A stretch of DNA of 64,000 nt, from assembly GCA_001782475.1 (NCBI GenBank), contig MFOT01000014.1, forward strand, positions 12,109 through 76,108, given 5' to 3'. Below are positions 38,598 to 48,883 of the stretch, one piece after another; within the stretch, counting starts at the first letter, position 1, and each line of letters starts with the position of its first letter. A program made the translations under genes and the position numbers. Source of the DNA: Candidatus Levybacteria bacterium RIFCSPLOWO2_01_FULL_38_21. Its GTDB lineage: Bacteria; Patescibacteriota; Microgenomatia; Levybacterales; UBA12049. The notes beneath the pieces were generated by a model. It was not told the origin of the DNA. It searched no databases and saw only the letters and a list, made by a program, of their open reading frames with translations.

Positions 38598-40487
38598 ATG
38601 CAAAAAGGGCAATCTCTTATTGAGCTACTTTTAACTATTGCCTTGGTTTCAATTTTTTTTCCGGCGCTTTTGACCGGATTTGTCTCAACCCGAAACAATA
38701 GGGCAATAAGGGATCAAAGACAACTTGCAACAGCATATCTGTATGAAGCACAGGAAGCAATAAGGGTTGTCCGGGCAAACAGTTGGTCTAATCTCCCTAC
38801 CGGTACATATCATCCAATTATTTCAGGCAGTACGTGGGTACTTATTAGTGGATCAGAGCTTATCGATAGTAATTTTACCCGTCAAATCGTTATTGACGAT
38901 GTCTTAAGAGACGGCAGCGGAAATATTACGCAAGATGGAACACTAGATCCATCTACCAAACGTATTACCATTTCTGTTTCATGGAATTTACCGTTTCCCA
39001 ACTCCGTTAGTGCAACATCGTATCTCACCCGGCATGATAGTAATATTTATACAGATACCACAGTTGCCGATTTTTCCGGAACGGCTCAGGGGGCGACAGT
39101 CTCGGCAACAACGGGAACTCCTATTCCTAATGATGGGCAGGTACAGCTTGGTGCTGGAGGCGAAGGTAATTGGTGCACGCCAAATTTATCAATTGCCTCC
39201 CTTGATCTTCCAAAAAATGGGGTTGCGAATGCAATATCGGCCATCGAAGGCAAGGGATTTGCCGGAACTGGCGATAACTCCTCGGGTGTTTCTTATGCTA
39301 GCATTGCAATAAGCAATACTCATCCTCCTGTCGCAACAGTTTTGGGAACTTTTGATGGGTTTAAAACCAATGACGGTATATTTGGGGAGCCGGATTATGC
39401 ATATCTTGCGACTGATAACAATTCAAAGGAGGTTGAAATTGTTGACATAACACACACGACAAATGGTAAATACTCAGAGGCAGGATATTTCAACGCTCCT
39501 GGGAATGGCACTGGGAATAGTGTCTTTGTTTTGGGCAACATTGGATATATGACTGATGGTAACCAGTTATATACTTTTGATCTGTCAAGCAAGTCCGGTT
39601 CCCGTCCCCAACTTGGAAGCGTCACGCTTGCCGACACCGGAGAAAAAGTTTATGTTGTGGGAAGCTATGCCTATGTTGCAATATCAGAAGGAACACTGGA
39701 ACTTCAGATTATTCAAGTCACAAATGGAGGAAGAACTTTATCGATGGTTGGACAAGCGGATGTTAACGGACACGAAGCGTCTGATGTGTTTGTAAATTCA
39801 ACAGGAACTCGCGTCTATCTTGCAACCGAGTCGTCTTCTTCGCAAAAAGAATTTTTTATAATAGATGTTTCGACAAAAACGGGAAACAGACCAACTGTTG
39901 GATCATATGAAGCAAACGGTATGAATTCAAAAGGTGTCACCGTTGTTCCGGGGAACAAAGCACTTCTTGTCGGGAAAGAAGGGGAGGAATACCAGGTCAT
40001 CGATATTTCAAATGAGACAAACCCCACACGCTGCGGAGGTTTAAATATAGACAGCGGAGTAAACGGTATTTCATCCGTTCTTGAACAAGATGGAGATGCT
40101 TATTCCTATATTATTACTGGTGATGCTACAGCTGAGTTCAAAATTATAGAGGGGGGGCAATTTCCAACAAGCGGAATATACACTTCTCCGATTTTTGATG
40201 CGGGATCGGATGTATATTTTAATAGCTTTATGGTTAACCACATTGTTCCACCCTCAACGTCAATGCAGTATGAAGTAGCAGTGGCAGCTGCCGTGAATAA
40301 TAGCTGTTCGAGCGCAATTTTTTCTTATGCCGGTCCATTTGCAACAAGTTCTGCTCTCCCCTCAACGACCGGAAACCCTTCGTATCAGAATCCGGGAAGG
40401 TGCCTAAAATATAAAGTTACACTTTCAACCTCTGACATTACTCAAATACCAATTCTATCGGATATAACCATTAATTACTCACCATGA
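38598..40487 (+). CDS. Large prepilin-like protein (629 aa) with C-terminal beta-propeller-like repeats; candidate pilus-tip adhesin
   Basis: The N-terminal KGQSLIELLLTIALVSIFF has Glu at position 5 and a hydrophobic helix. The body carries repeated ~40-aa units ending in hydrophobic-x-(I/V)-D-(I/V/L)-S/T: VEIVDITH, LYTFDLSS, FFIIDVST, YQVIDISN. Confidence 0.7.
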   Translation: MQKGQSLIELLLTIALVSIFFPALLTGFVSTRNNRAIRDQRQLATAYLYEAQEAIRVVRANSWSNLPTGTYHPIISGSTWVLISGSELIDSNFTRQIVIDDVLRDGSGNITQDGTLDPSTKRITISVSWNLPFPNSVSATSYLTRHDSNIYTDTTVADFSGTAQGATVSATTGTPIPNDGQVQLGAGGEGNWCTPNLSIASLDLPKNGVANAISAIEGKGFAGTGDNSSGVSYASIAISNTHPPVATVLGTFDGFKTNDGIFGEPDYAYLATDNNSKEVEIVDITHTTNGKYSEAGYFNAPGNGTGNSVFVLGNIGYMTDGNQLYTFDLSSKSGSRPQLGSVTLADTGEKVYVVGSYAYVAISEGTLELQIIQVTNGGRTLSMVGQADVNGHEASDVFVNSTGTRVYLATESSSSQKEFFIIDVSTKTGNRPTVGSYEANGMNSKGVTVVPGNKALLVGKEGEEYQVIDISNETNPTRCGGLNIDSGVNGISSVLEQDGDAYSYIITGDATAEFKIIEGGQFPTSGIYTSPIFDAGSDVYFNSFMVNHIVPPSTSMQYEVAVAAAVNNSCSSAIFSYAGPFATSSALPSTTGNPSYQNPGRCLKYKVTLSTSDITQIPILSDITINYSP

Positions 40488-41029
40488 GGAATAAATTGAA
40501 AAAACAGAAGATAATTAAAGTTTTATTAAATAAGCAAGGCTTTACCTTTGTAGAGCTCTTATTGTATATTGGAGTTTTTTCTATTCTGATTGTAGCTCTT
40601 TTTCAACTTTTTACTTCAATCATCGATACGCAAATAGAGTCACAAAGCACGTCATCAGTTTTTCTAGATGGGCAGTATATTCTTAATCGTTTTAGATATG
40701 ATATGGAGCGCGCAAAAAGCATTATAATTCCATCTCCCCCGGGTCAACAAGGAGCAACAGCGGAGCTTTCTATAGATAATGCTACGCATACATATTCTTT
40801 AGTTCAGGGGAACCTAACCCTCACAAATGATGTTGCGTCAATAACTGGTCAGCTTAACAGCTTAGACACTACTGTTTCCAATCTTAATTTTACTCGAGTA
40901 AGCGATACGCAAGCAAAGAACACTGATACACTAACCATCTCTTTTAGGCTTACAAGCAATGTAATAAAAAGAGGAGGACCAAAAGCAGAAAATTTTAAGA
41001 CAACGGTCGGGATGCGACCAAAACAATAA
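40484..41029 (+). CDS. Prepilin-type minor pilin
   Basis: 181 aa; NKQGFTFVELLLYIGVFSILIVALF (G|FTFVE). It overlaps the upstream gene by 4 nt. Confidence 0.75.
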   Translation: MRNKLKKQKIIKVLLNKQGFTFVELLLYIGVFSILIVALFQLFTSIIDTQIESQSTSSVFLDGQYILNRFRYDMERAKSIIIPSPPGQQGATAELSIDNATHTYSLVQGNLTLTNDVASITGQLNSLDTTVSNLNFTRVSDTQAKNTDTLTISFRLTSNVIKRGGPKAENFKTTVGMRPKQ

Positions 41030-41032
41030 TCC

Positions 41033-41416
41033 ATGAATCGGAAGTTTAAAATGTCTCTTAATCAAAAAGGGCAGGTATTTGTAACATTGCTGTTTTTTGT
41101 TATTATTGGTGTAACAATTATATCGGCTGAGACAATTGTACTTTTTACAAATATCCTATCAGGAAGTACCGAAGAGCAAGGAGCAAATGCTTATTATGTT
41201 GCTGAAAGCGGCATCGAAGAAGCTTTGCTTCGATTAAATCGTAATCCTGGTTACGCTGGGGGAGTACTTACTGTAGGGCAAGGCAACGCCGCGACGCAAG
41301 TAGGCAATGGAATCATTACGGCAACAGGCACCTATGCGGGTACTATTAAAAAAATTGAAGTTCAAATAGTCAACAATGATGGCGCACTAAGAATAGTTTC
41401 GTGGAAGGAAATTTAA
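41033..41416 (+). CDS. Pilin-like protein lacking Glu5 (GspK/PilX-like)
   Basis: 127 aa; NQKGQVFVTLLFFVIIGVTII is prepilin-like but has Thr in place of Glu5. Confidence 0.55.
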   Translation: MNRKFKMSLNQKGQVFVTLLFFVIIGVTIISAETIVLFTNILSGSTEEQGANAYYVAESGIEEALLRLNRNPGYAGGVLTVGQGNAATQVGNGIITATGTYAGTIKKIEVQIVNNDGALRIVSWKEI

Positions 41417-42225
41417 TAATGGATTTTTCAGAAAAACAGACAATAGTTTGTTATATCGATAAGGATAAAGCATTGTTCTATCAGGATGTAGATGGTTCAA
41501 TGCTCCAAATGGATTTTCCGCCTGATATTATCTCTGACCAAGAACTTACCGGTAGAGAAAAACTAGAGCAGCTTATCAAGTCCTTTCTTGAAACTAACAA
41601 ATTGGGGAAAGGAAATATTATTTTTATCTATGCTCCAAATGTTACCATTGAGAAAGATTTTCCAGACGAACTTGCAAGAAATAAAAATGAAGAAATTCAA
41701 AAATTCATCGACATGATTCCATTTGAAGAAGTCTTGAGCAAAATTTATAAATTAAATAAAAAGACAAAGGTAGTCACAATTAATCAAGAAATATATAAAT
41801 CAATAAAAAATATTTTTGAGAAGAAAAATTTTTTAGTTCTTGGAATTATTCCATCTACAGTACTTCAAGAAGCAGTCGCGGAGTTATCAATGAATATAGA
41901 TTTAGCCTTTATCGCAAGTAAAATATATTCTCTTAGGCAATATAGTATGGTAAATGATGGTGAACTTAAAAATGAGAATACTAAAGAAAAGCCTGCTTCA
42001 AAAAAACAAAATATCAGAATTTATTTTCTATTAGCTGTTTTTGCCATATTGCTTTTTGTTCTTATAATTATTTTGATAATAAATCTTTTTCCAAAAAATT
42101 CATCAAAAAACCTTCCAGTTTTAGAACCGCCGCTCTCTCCAACTCCGACAGTACCAGTGGTAAATCGGGAATCAATACCAGTAACACAACCGTCTATTAG
42201 CTCTCCAAGTGGGTCAGATATCTAA
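41401..42225 (+). CDS. Bitopic membrane protein in the pilus locus (possible PilM/PilN-like assembly component)
   Basis: 274 aa; an ~200-aa cytoplasmic N-domain, one TM helix (IRIYFLLAVFAILLFVLIIILIINLF) and a Pro/Ser/Thr-rich C-terminal tail. Assigned by context and topology only. Confidence 0.3.
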   Translation: MEGNLIMDFSEKQTIVCYIDKDKALFYQDVDGSMLQMDFPPDIISDQELTGREKLEQLIKSFLETNKLGKGNIIFIYAPNVTIEKDFPDELARNKNEEIQKFIDMIPFEEVLSKIYKLNKKTKVVTINQEIYKSIKNIFEKKNFLVLGIIPSTVLQEAVAELSMNIDLAFIASKIYSLRQYSMVNDGELKNENTKEKPASKKQNIRIYFLLAVFAILLFVLIIILIINLFPKNSSKNLPVLEPPLSPTPTVPVVNRESIPVTQPSISSPSGSDI

Positions 42226-42260
42226 CCTCAGTGAGCAAAAGAGCCATGTAATTGCTCTTG

Positions 42261-42290
42261 TTGACAGGGTAATTTCTACTGTGTTATGGT
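42261..42290 (+). promoter_or_regulatory. Candidate sigma70 promoter of the major pilin gene
   Basis: -35 TTGACA (42261-66), 18-nt spacer, extended -10 TGtTATGGT (42282-90). The ATG at 42286 sits inside the -10, which argues for the 42307 start. Confidence 0.45.
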
Positions 42291-42306
42291 TAATTTGTCT
42301 ATTTTA

Positions 42307-42765
42307 ATGAATTACTCTCTATCGCAGAAAAAAAACAAAGGCTTTACGTTAATAGAAATCCTTGTTGTAATAGGAGTATTGTCAGTTCTTTTCTCAATTA
42401 TTCTTTTTTTAATCAATCCTGCCGGACAATTTAGTCGGGCAAATAATGCAAAACGACGAAGCGATATTATGGCAATTCTTAATGCAATAGGCGCATATAA
42501 CGCAGATAATAAAGGAGTTTTGCCGAATAGTATTACAACCACTGTTGCAACTATAACAGATGCGGTAAATGGCGCTGACATCTGTGCTTTGTTGGTCCCA
42601 AAATTTATTCCTGCCCTTCCAACTGATCCATCCCTTAAAACAAATGACATAACTACATGCACAAACTATAATACAGGATATACCGTCGTAAAGGACGCAA
42701 ATAATAGAGTTACTCTCGCGGCCCCAAATCAAGAAAATGGTGAAGTAATTTCCATAACCCGATAA
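42307..42765 (+). CDS. pilA: Type IV major pilin (PilA-like)
   Basis: The 12-aa leader MNYSLSQKKNKG, then FTLIEILVVIGVLSVLFSIILF, is the canonical prepilin peptidase site. Two Cys in the C-terminal part (ADICALL...TTCTNY) could form a disulfide loop. The track ORF starts at 42286 inside the promoter, so I chose 42307. Confidence 0.8.
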   Translation: MNYSLSQKKNKGFTLIEILVVIGVLSVLFSIILFLINPAGQFSRANNAKRRSDIMAILNAIGAYNADNKGVLPNSITTTVATITDAVNGADICALLVPKFIPALPTDPSLKTNDITTCTNYNTGYTVVKDANNRVTLAAPNQENGEVISITR

Positions 42766-42876
42766 TTGCCAGCGTGCGACCCATTAGTCCTCCACAAGCA
42801 ACTTCAGGAGACAATCAAAAGCATGTAGTGGATTGCTCTACTTCAAATTTTCCCCTATAATAAAAGATCGATTTCT

Positions 42877-45807
42877 ATGGATAAGATAATTATAAAAGGT
42901 GCGAGGGAGCACAATTTAAAATCTATAAACGTAGAAATTCCAAAAAACAAGCTTGTTGTTTTTACAGGTCTTTCGGGCAGCGGAAAATCCTCTTTGGCTT
43001 TTGACACTATTTACGCCGAAGGGCAGAGAAGATATGTAGAAAGTTTATCATCTTACGCAAGACAGTTTCTTGGAATTATGAAAAAACCCGATGTAGACTT
43101 AATAGAAGGGCTATCTCCTGCAATATCAATTGACCAAAAATCTACCTCACATAATCCTCGCTCAACAGTTGGAACAGTTACGGAAATTTACGATTACCTA
43201 AGACTTCTTTTTGCCCGAATCGGTCATCCGCATTGCCCAAGCTGCAGACGAGAAATAACTCATATGACAAAAGAGCAAATTACTAATGCAATTTTTGATC
43301 TTTTAAAAAATCAAAATACAAACATAAAGCTTGCTAAATTAAAAATTTTAATCTTATCCCCAATTGTCAAAGACAGAAAAGGAGAATACAGAGAGCTTTT
43401 TTTGGATCTTAAAAAAAGAGGATATAAAAAAGTACGAGTAGATAGAGAAATATTCAATGTTGATGAAAATTTTGTACTTATAAAAACTAATAAGCACAAT
43501 ATTGATGTTGTAATTGACGAGCTTATTTTAACAAAAGATACAGACAGATTAAGAGTAGGGGAGGCTGTTGAGCAGGGTCTTAAGCTGGGAGATGGAGAAC
43601 TTATTCTTTCAATTGTAAAAGATCCCGGTTTTACGATTCCTGAGAAACCCAAGAAAATGGAGGATGAACTTTTCTCGGAAAAATTTGCATGTCCTTTTTG
43701 TAATATTTCAATTCCGGAGATAGAACCTCGAATTTTCTCCTTTAACACTCCTCATGGAGCTTGTCCAACTTGTAATGGCTTGGGAACAATTCTTACGGTT
43801 GATAAAGATTTAGTCTTTAATAATAATTTATCAATCTCAGAAGGCGGGATTCTGCCTTTTCCAAATATTTATTATCAGGATACGTGGTTCTCAAGAATAT
43901 TTATAACTTTTTGTAACGAAAATAACATTCCCCAAACAAAGAGGTTTTCAGAAATCTCAGAAGATAAAAAAAATCTTTTGCTTTTGGGAACAGGAGATAG
44001 GGAGTACGAGGTAAAAGGGAAAAATAGATGGGGAAGACCTACTGTAATTTACGAACCATTTAAAGGGGTCCTTAATGAAATAAAACAAAGGTACCATTCA
44101 ACAGAGTCCCCATTTATAAAAAGCCAAATAGAAAAATTTATGAAATTTGAAACCTGTTTTGAGTGCAGTGGCGTAAGACTTAAAAAAGAAGCGCTTTTGG
44201 TAACGGTGGATGGAAAATCGATAGTCGATATTTCTAATCTTTCTATTTCTCTTTGCGCTGAATTTATAAATAACCTGCAATCCGGAATTTCCCAAAGAGA
44301 AGGAGAAATCGGGAGAATGATAATAAAAGAAATCAAGCAAAGGCTTTCTTTTTTACTAGATGTGGGTCTTGAATATTTGACACTATCTCGGGGCGCTCAA
44401 ACTTTAGCAGGAGGAGAAGCGCAGAGAATAAGGCTTGCCTCTCAAATTGGATCAGGACTTGCCGGAGTTTTATATGTATTGGATGAGCCTTCTATTGGAC
44501 TTCATCCAAGGGACAACGGAAAGCTTATTAAAACTCTTAAAAAATTAAGAGATTTGGGAAATACGGTAATCGTTGTCGAACACGATAGAGAAACAATGGA
44601 AGAATCAGATTTTATTTTAGATTTTGGTCCGGGAGCAGGAGAAGAAGGAGGAAGAATAATCGCACAGGGAGCTGTTTCGGAAATTAAAAAAAACCAAAAT
44701 TCTCTAACCGGGCAGTACTTATCTGGTGAAAGAAAAATTGAAATATTGAATGAGAAAGAGAAAATTTCTTTACAAGGAGTATCCTTATCTGCCTCGGCAA
44801 GAAGTATCCTCATAAGAAAAGCGATAACCATTATAGGAGCTAAAGAGCACAATCTAAAAAATATTGATGTTGTATTTCCGCTTAATAAATTTATTGTCGT
44901 TACCGGTGTTTCAGGATCGGGAAAATCAACTTTAATAAATGACATTCTCTACCATGCATTAATGCAGAAACAAAACCCATATCACCGTGAAAAACCGGGA
45001 CGCTTCGATAGTCTTGAGGGGTATGAAAATATAAAGCATGTTTTCTTAATAGACCAGTCTCCAATAGGGAGAACTCCAAGAAGTAATCCTGTGACATACA
45101 CTGGCAGTTTTACTTACATAAGAGAGTTATTTGCGAAAACAAAGGAAGCAAAACTGCGCGGATATAAAACTGGAAGATTTTCGTTTAATGTAAAAGGAGG
45201 ACGATGTGAGGCATGCCTTGGTGAGGGACAAATAAAAATAGGAATGCAGTTTTTGCCGGATATTTACATAAAATGCGAACAGTGCGAGGGGCTTCAATAT
45301 AATAACGAAGTTCTGGAAGTTTTGTTTAACGGCAAAAACATTGCGCAGGTTTTGGCAATGAGCGTATCTGAGGCTCTCTCGTTTTTCTCATTTGTACCGG
45401 GTCTTTCACATAAACTTCAGACCTTAAATGACGTTGGGTTATCCTACATGGGACTTGGTCAATCAGCACCAACGCTCTCGGGCGGAGAAGCGCAGCGAGT
45501 AAAGCTTGCTACAGAATTATCTAAGAGAGGGGGACAATCTTTGTATTTGCTGGATGAACCGACAACAGGTCTCCACTTTGCAGACTTGGAAAAACTCCTA
45601 ATTGTCCTAAAAAAACTTGTTAAACAGGGAAATACAGTTATAATCATAGAGCATAACTTAGATGTTATAAAAAATGCCGACTACATTATAGATTTGGGAC
45701 CAGAGGGCGGAGAAAACGGAGGAGAAATTGTAGCTTCTGGAACACCCTTAGAAGTTTCAAAAAATCCAAAGTCCTATACAGGCAGATTTTTAAAAAAAGT
45801 ACTGTAA
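42877..45807 (+). CDS. uvrA: Excinuclease ABC subunit A
   Basis: 976 aa; two ABC ATPase modules ([10 protein letters not shown] and [10 protein letters not shown] Walker A; LSGGEAQR signatures) and zinc-finger Cys clusters. Confidence 0.95.
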   Translation: MDKIIIKGAREHNLKSINVEIPKNKLVVFTGLSGSGKSSLAFDTIYAEGQRRYVESLSSYARQFLGIMKKPDVDLIEGLSPAISIDQKSTSHNPRSTVGTVTEIYDYLRLLFARIGHPHCPSCRREITHMTKEQITNAIFDLLKNQNTNIKLAKLKILILSPIVKDRKGEYRELFLDLKKRGYKKVRVDREIFNVDENFVLIKTNKHNIDVVIDELILTKDTDRLRVGEAVEQGLKLGDGELILSIVKDPGFTIPEKPKKMEDELFSEKFACPFCNISIPEIEPRIFSFNTPHGACPTCNGLGTILTVDKDLVFNNNLSISEGGILPFPNIYYQDTWFSRIFITFCNENNIPQTKRFSEISEDKKNLLLLGTGDREYEVKGKNRWGRPTVIYEPFKGVLNEIKQRYHSTESPFIKSQIEKFMKFETCFECSGVRLKKEALLVTVDGKSIVDISNLSISLCAEFINNLQSGISQREGEIGRMIIKEIKQRLSFLLDVGLEYLTLSRGAQTLAGGEAQRIRLASQIGSGLAGVLYVLDEPSIGLHPRDNGKLIKTLKKLRDLGNTVIVVEHDRETMEESDFILDFGPGAGEEGGRIIAQGAVSEIKKNQNSLTGQYLSGERKIEILNEKEKISLQGVSLSASARSILIRKAITIIGAKEHNLKNIDVVFPLNKFIVVTGVSGSGKSTLINDILYHALMQKQNPYHREKPGRFDSLEGYENIKHVFLIDQSPIGRTPRSNPVTYTGSFTYIRELFAKTKEAKLRGYKTGRFSFNVKGGRCEACLGEGQIKIGMQFLPDIYIKCEQCEGLQYNNEVLEVLFNGKNIAQVLAMSVSEALSFFSFVPGLSHKLQTLNDVGLSYMGLGQSAPTLSGGEAQRVKLATELSKRGGQSLYLLDEPTTGLHFADLEKLLIVLKKLVKQGNTVIIIEHNLDVIKNADYIIDLGPEGGENGGEIVASGTPLEVSKNPKSYTGRFLKKVL

Positions 45808-45837
45808 AAAATTAAAAAATAAATATATACTAAACTC

Positions 45838-47673
45838 ATGAGGAGATTAATTCTTCTTTTATTTTTTTTCTATTTTTTCTTAATCTCGCCTTCTTTCTCT
45901 TTTGCAGCTTCGAATTTTTTAACAGATTATGATATAAGATATACAATTTTTGAAAATCAGAATACCCATGTCGAAATTAATGTTATTCTAACAAATCAAA
46001 CCTCGGTTTACTATGCATCTTCGTATAAAATTCATCTCGGATTTGAGCAAATAGAAAATATCAAAGCCTTTGATCCCGACGGAAACATACTTGGCAACGT
46101 ATCAAAAGATAACGAAGAGCAAACAATTGAAGTAAATTTCAACAAAAGAGTAACAGGCGTTGGAAACAAGCTTAATCTTACTATATCCTTTGATACTAAG
46201 GAAGTTGCCCAAAAATTAGGAAACATATGGGAGGTAAATATTCCGGGATTTTCTCCCAAGTCAAATTACTCAAGTCTAAATGCCCAGGTAACCGTACCCA
46301 AAAGTTTTGGAAGGCCGGCTTATGTTAAACCGCAAATTAAGGACTGGCAGCAAAAAGAAAACACTTATTTCTTTACTAAAGAACAGCTTGAAAAATCCGG
46401 AATCTCTATGGCATTTGGTGAAAATCAAATATATAAATTTAATCTTACCTATCATCTTTTAAATAAAAATTTATTTCCCATAAGAACCGAGATTGCTCTG
46501 CCTCCTAACACTAACTATCAGGATGTACAAATAGAAAACATAAACCCCAAACCGACAAATGTAAAAGTAGATAATGACGGCAATTGGCTTGCGGAGTATT
46601 CATTATCTCCGGGAAAAAAAATTGATGTAAATGCAAACGGCAAAATAAAAATTACTCTTTCTCCAAAAAAAGAACCAAAAACAGACAACGAATTGTCAAA
46701 ATACCTAAAACCGAAAAAATATTGGGAAGCGGATAATGAAAAGATAAAAAAGCTTGCTCAGTCTTTAAAAACACCCAGAGCAATTTATGATTATGTTTCG
46801 GGTTATCTTAAGTATGATTACTCAAGAGTTTCCTCAAACAAACCAAGATTAGGAGCTCTAAATTCAATGAATGACCCTTTCTCTGCAGTATGTCTAGAGT
46901 TTACAGATCTTTTCGTAACATTAGCAAGAGCGGCAGGGATACCGTCGCGGGAGATAGACGGATACGCATACACACAAAATTCTAAAAAGAGACCTCTGTC
47001 TTTAGTAAAAGACGTTTTGCATGCATGGCCGCAGTATTACGATAAGGACATTAAAACCTGGGTGATGGTTGATCCCACGTGGGCAAATACAACAGAGGGT
47101 ATGGATTATTTTGATGTTTTAGATTTTGATCATATAGCATTTGTTATTAAGGGGCAGGAGAGCAATTACCCTGTTCCTGCCGGCGGATACAAAATTCCGG
47201 GGAATGAAGCATTAAAAGATGTTGATGTCAGTTTTGCTAATATTTTTGAAGAAGAAACTCCGACTTTGCAAATAGTCCAAAACCTGCCGAATAATTTAAT
47301 ATCCGGGCTTCCTTTTTCGGGAAGTCTTTTAATCAAAAATGCCGGAAAAACCTTAGCACCTTCGCAAAGTATAATTATCTATACATCTGTTCTTAAACCT
47401 TATTATCAAAGACTTGCCTTAGGTGAAATTCCACCCTATGGGAGTATTATTCTTCCGATCTCATTTTCTAAAACATCATTTTTGACAAATAGACAAGATC
47501 TAATTAGAATATCGCTTGGAGGAAGTACGCTTTTTCATAAGATTAAGATTACTCCAATCTTTTTAAGTAAATGGGTTTTATTAGGAGGTGCAGTAGTTTT
47601 TTTTGGAATACTCATTGTATCAGTCATTGCCATCAAACCCTGGAATCTACCTATTTTTAGATCAAAAGGGTAA
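45838..47673 (+). CDS. Secreted/membrane-anchored transglutaminase-like (Cys-His-Asp) domain protein
   Basis: 611 aa; signal peptide (LILLLFFFYFFLISPSFSFAAS), transglutaminase-like core (CLEFTDLFVTLARAAGIPSR...HAWPQYYD...WVMVDPTW) and a C-terminal TM helix. Confidence 0.7.
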   Translation: MRRLILLLFFFYFFLISPSFSFAASNFLTDYDIRYTIFENQNTHVEINVILTNQTSVYYASSYKIHLGFEQIENIKAFDPDGNILGNVSKDNEEQTIEVNFNKRVTGVGNKLNLTISFDTKEVAQKLGNIWEVNIPGFSPKSNYSSLNAQVTVPKSFGRPAYVKPQIKDWQQKENTYFFTKEQLEKSGISMAFGENQIYKFNLTYHLLNKNLFPIRTEIALPPNTNYQDVQIENINPKPTNVKVDNDGNWLAEYSLSPGKKIDVNANGKIKITLSPKKEPKTDNELSKYLKPKKYWEADNEKIKKLAQSLKTPRAIYDYVSGYLKYDYSRVSSNKPRLGALNSMNDPFSAVCLEFTDLFVTLARAAGIPSREIDGYAYTQNSKKRPLSLVKDVLHAWPQYYDKDIKTWVMVDPTWANTTEGMDYFDVLDFDHIAFVIKGQESNYPVPAGGYKIPGNEALKDVDVSFANIFEEETPTLQIVQNLPNNLISGLPFSGSLLIKNAGKTLAPSQSIIIYTSVLKPYYQRLALGEIPPYGSIILPISFSKTSFLTNRQDLIRISLGGSTLFHKIKITPIFLSKWVLLGGAVVFFGILIVSVIAIKPWNLPIFRSKG

Positions 47674-48883
47674 GGTTTTATATGTAGGGAAGGCAAAAAA
47701 CTTAAAAAAAAGAGTAGGCAGCTATCTTATTAATAGGTCTTCGCTTCTTGAAAAAACAAAGATTCTTATATCCAAAACCTCAGAGATTAAAACAATTAAC
47801 ACCCATTCCGAGATAGAAGCCTTACTCCTTGAAGCAAATTATATAAAAAAATATAGACCCTTTTTTAACTTACGGCTTGTCAACGGAAAAGCTTATCCCC
47901 TTATTAAAATAACTATTAAAGATGACTATCCTAAAATCCTTATCTTACGAAGAATCGAGGATAAAAAAAACAACTTATACTTTGGTCCTTATCCAAACGC
48001 AGGCGCGATGAGATTAGTATTAAAAACTATAAGAAAAATTTTTCCATACCAATCTGTTAAAAACCATTCAAAAAAAGTTTGCCTGTATTATCATTTGGGA
48101 TTATGCCCGTGCCCTGCGATTTTTGATTCACCCGTACTTAAGAAGGAGTATAAAAAAAATATAAAAAGAATAGTCACTTTCCTAAAAGGAGATACAAAAA
48201 AAGTATTAAGGGATTTGGAAAAAGAGAGAGATGCTTTAAGCAAAAAGGAAGAATATGAAAAGGCAAATAATCTTCAGGAGAAAATAAACTCGATTCTAAT
48301 TGTTACAAGTCCTTCTTATCCCTCTTTTGATTCCCAAGTTAATCCGAATTTAGAAGAAGATATAAAAAATGAACAACTGTTGAGCCTAAAAGAAGCACTT
48401 AAGAACACAAAATCGCAAGTTGCTTTACCTAGAAGAATCGAATCTTTTGATATATCAAATATCTCGGGTCAATTTGCAGTTGGATCTATGGTTGTTTTTA
48501 CTAACGGAGAAAAAGACTCCACTCTTTACAGAAGATTTAAGATAAGATTTTCAAAAGGGAAAGCAAATGATTTTGCGATGCTTTCAGAAGTTGTATCTCG
48601 AAGACTAAATCATAGTGAGTGGCCATTTCCAGATCTTATAATAGTAGACGGAGGAAAGGGACAAGTTTCTTCTATTCTTAAAGTCTTAAAAAGAAAAAAT
48701 CTAAATCTCGGACTTATCGGAATAGCCAAAAAAGAAGAAACTATAATAACATCGGATTTAAAAGAAATTAAGCTGCCAAAAGACTCCAAAGCCTTACATT
48801 TAGTAAGAAGAATAAGAGACGAAGCGCACAGATTTGCCCTTCTCTATCATCGCAAACTCCGCTTACGATCTATCATGAATTAA
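47603..48883 (+). CDS. uvrC: Excinuclease ABC subunit C, short form lacking the C-terminal (HhH)2 domain
   Basis: 426 aa; TTG start with AGGAGGT upstream. GIY-YIG (PGIYLFLDQKGKVLYVGKAKNLKKRVGSY), UvrB-interacting region (EKEEYEKANNLQEKI) and RNase-H-like endonuclease domain (IIVDGGKGQ). It ends right after that domain, and its 5' end overlaps the upstream gene by 71 nt. Confidence 0.85.
   Translation: MEYSLYQSLPSNPGIYLFLDQKGKVLYVGKAKNLKKRVGSYLINRSSLLEKTKILISKTSEIKTINTHSEIEALLLEANYIKKYRPFFNLRLVNGKAYPLIKITIKDDYPKILILRRIEDKKNNLYFGPYPNAGAMRLVLKTIRKIFPYQSVKNHSKKVCLYYHLGLCPCPAIFDSPVLKKEYKKNIKRIVTFLKGDTKKVLRDLEKERDALSKKEEYEKANNLQEKINSILIVTSPSYPSFDSQVNPNLEEDIKNEQLLSLKEALKNTKSQVALPRRIESFDISNISGQFAVGSMVVFTNGEKDSTLYRRFKIRFSKGKANDFAMLSEVVSRRLNHSEWPFPDLIIVDGGKGQVSSILKVLKRKNLNLGLIGIAKKEETIITSDLKEIKLPKDSKALHLVRRIRDEAHRFALLYHRKLRLRSIMN

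Noticed and set aside
42286-42306. Upstream ATG (42286) for the major pilin
   Set aside because: It lies inside the predicted extended -10 element of the pilin promoter. The 42307 start gives a normal 12-aa prepilin leader.
42766-42876. Possible second LexA box upstream of uvrA
   Set aside because: Only weak partial dyads (GTAG...CTAC, TACTTC) were found. None matches the TGTCA-N3-TGACA or TACTAGTA palindromes of the lexA region convincingly, so no site is called.
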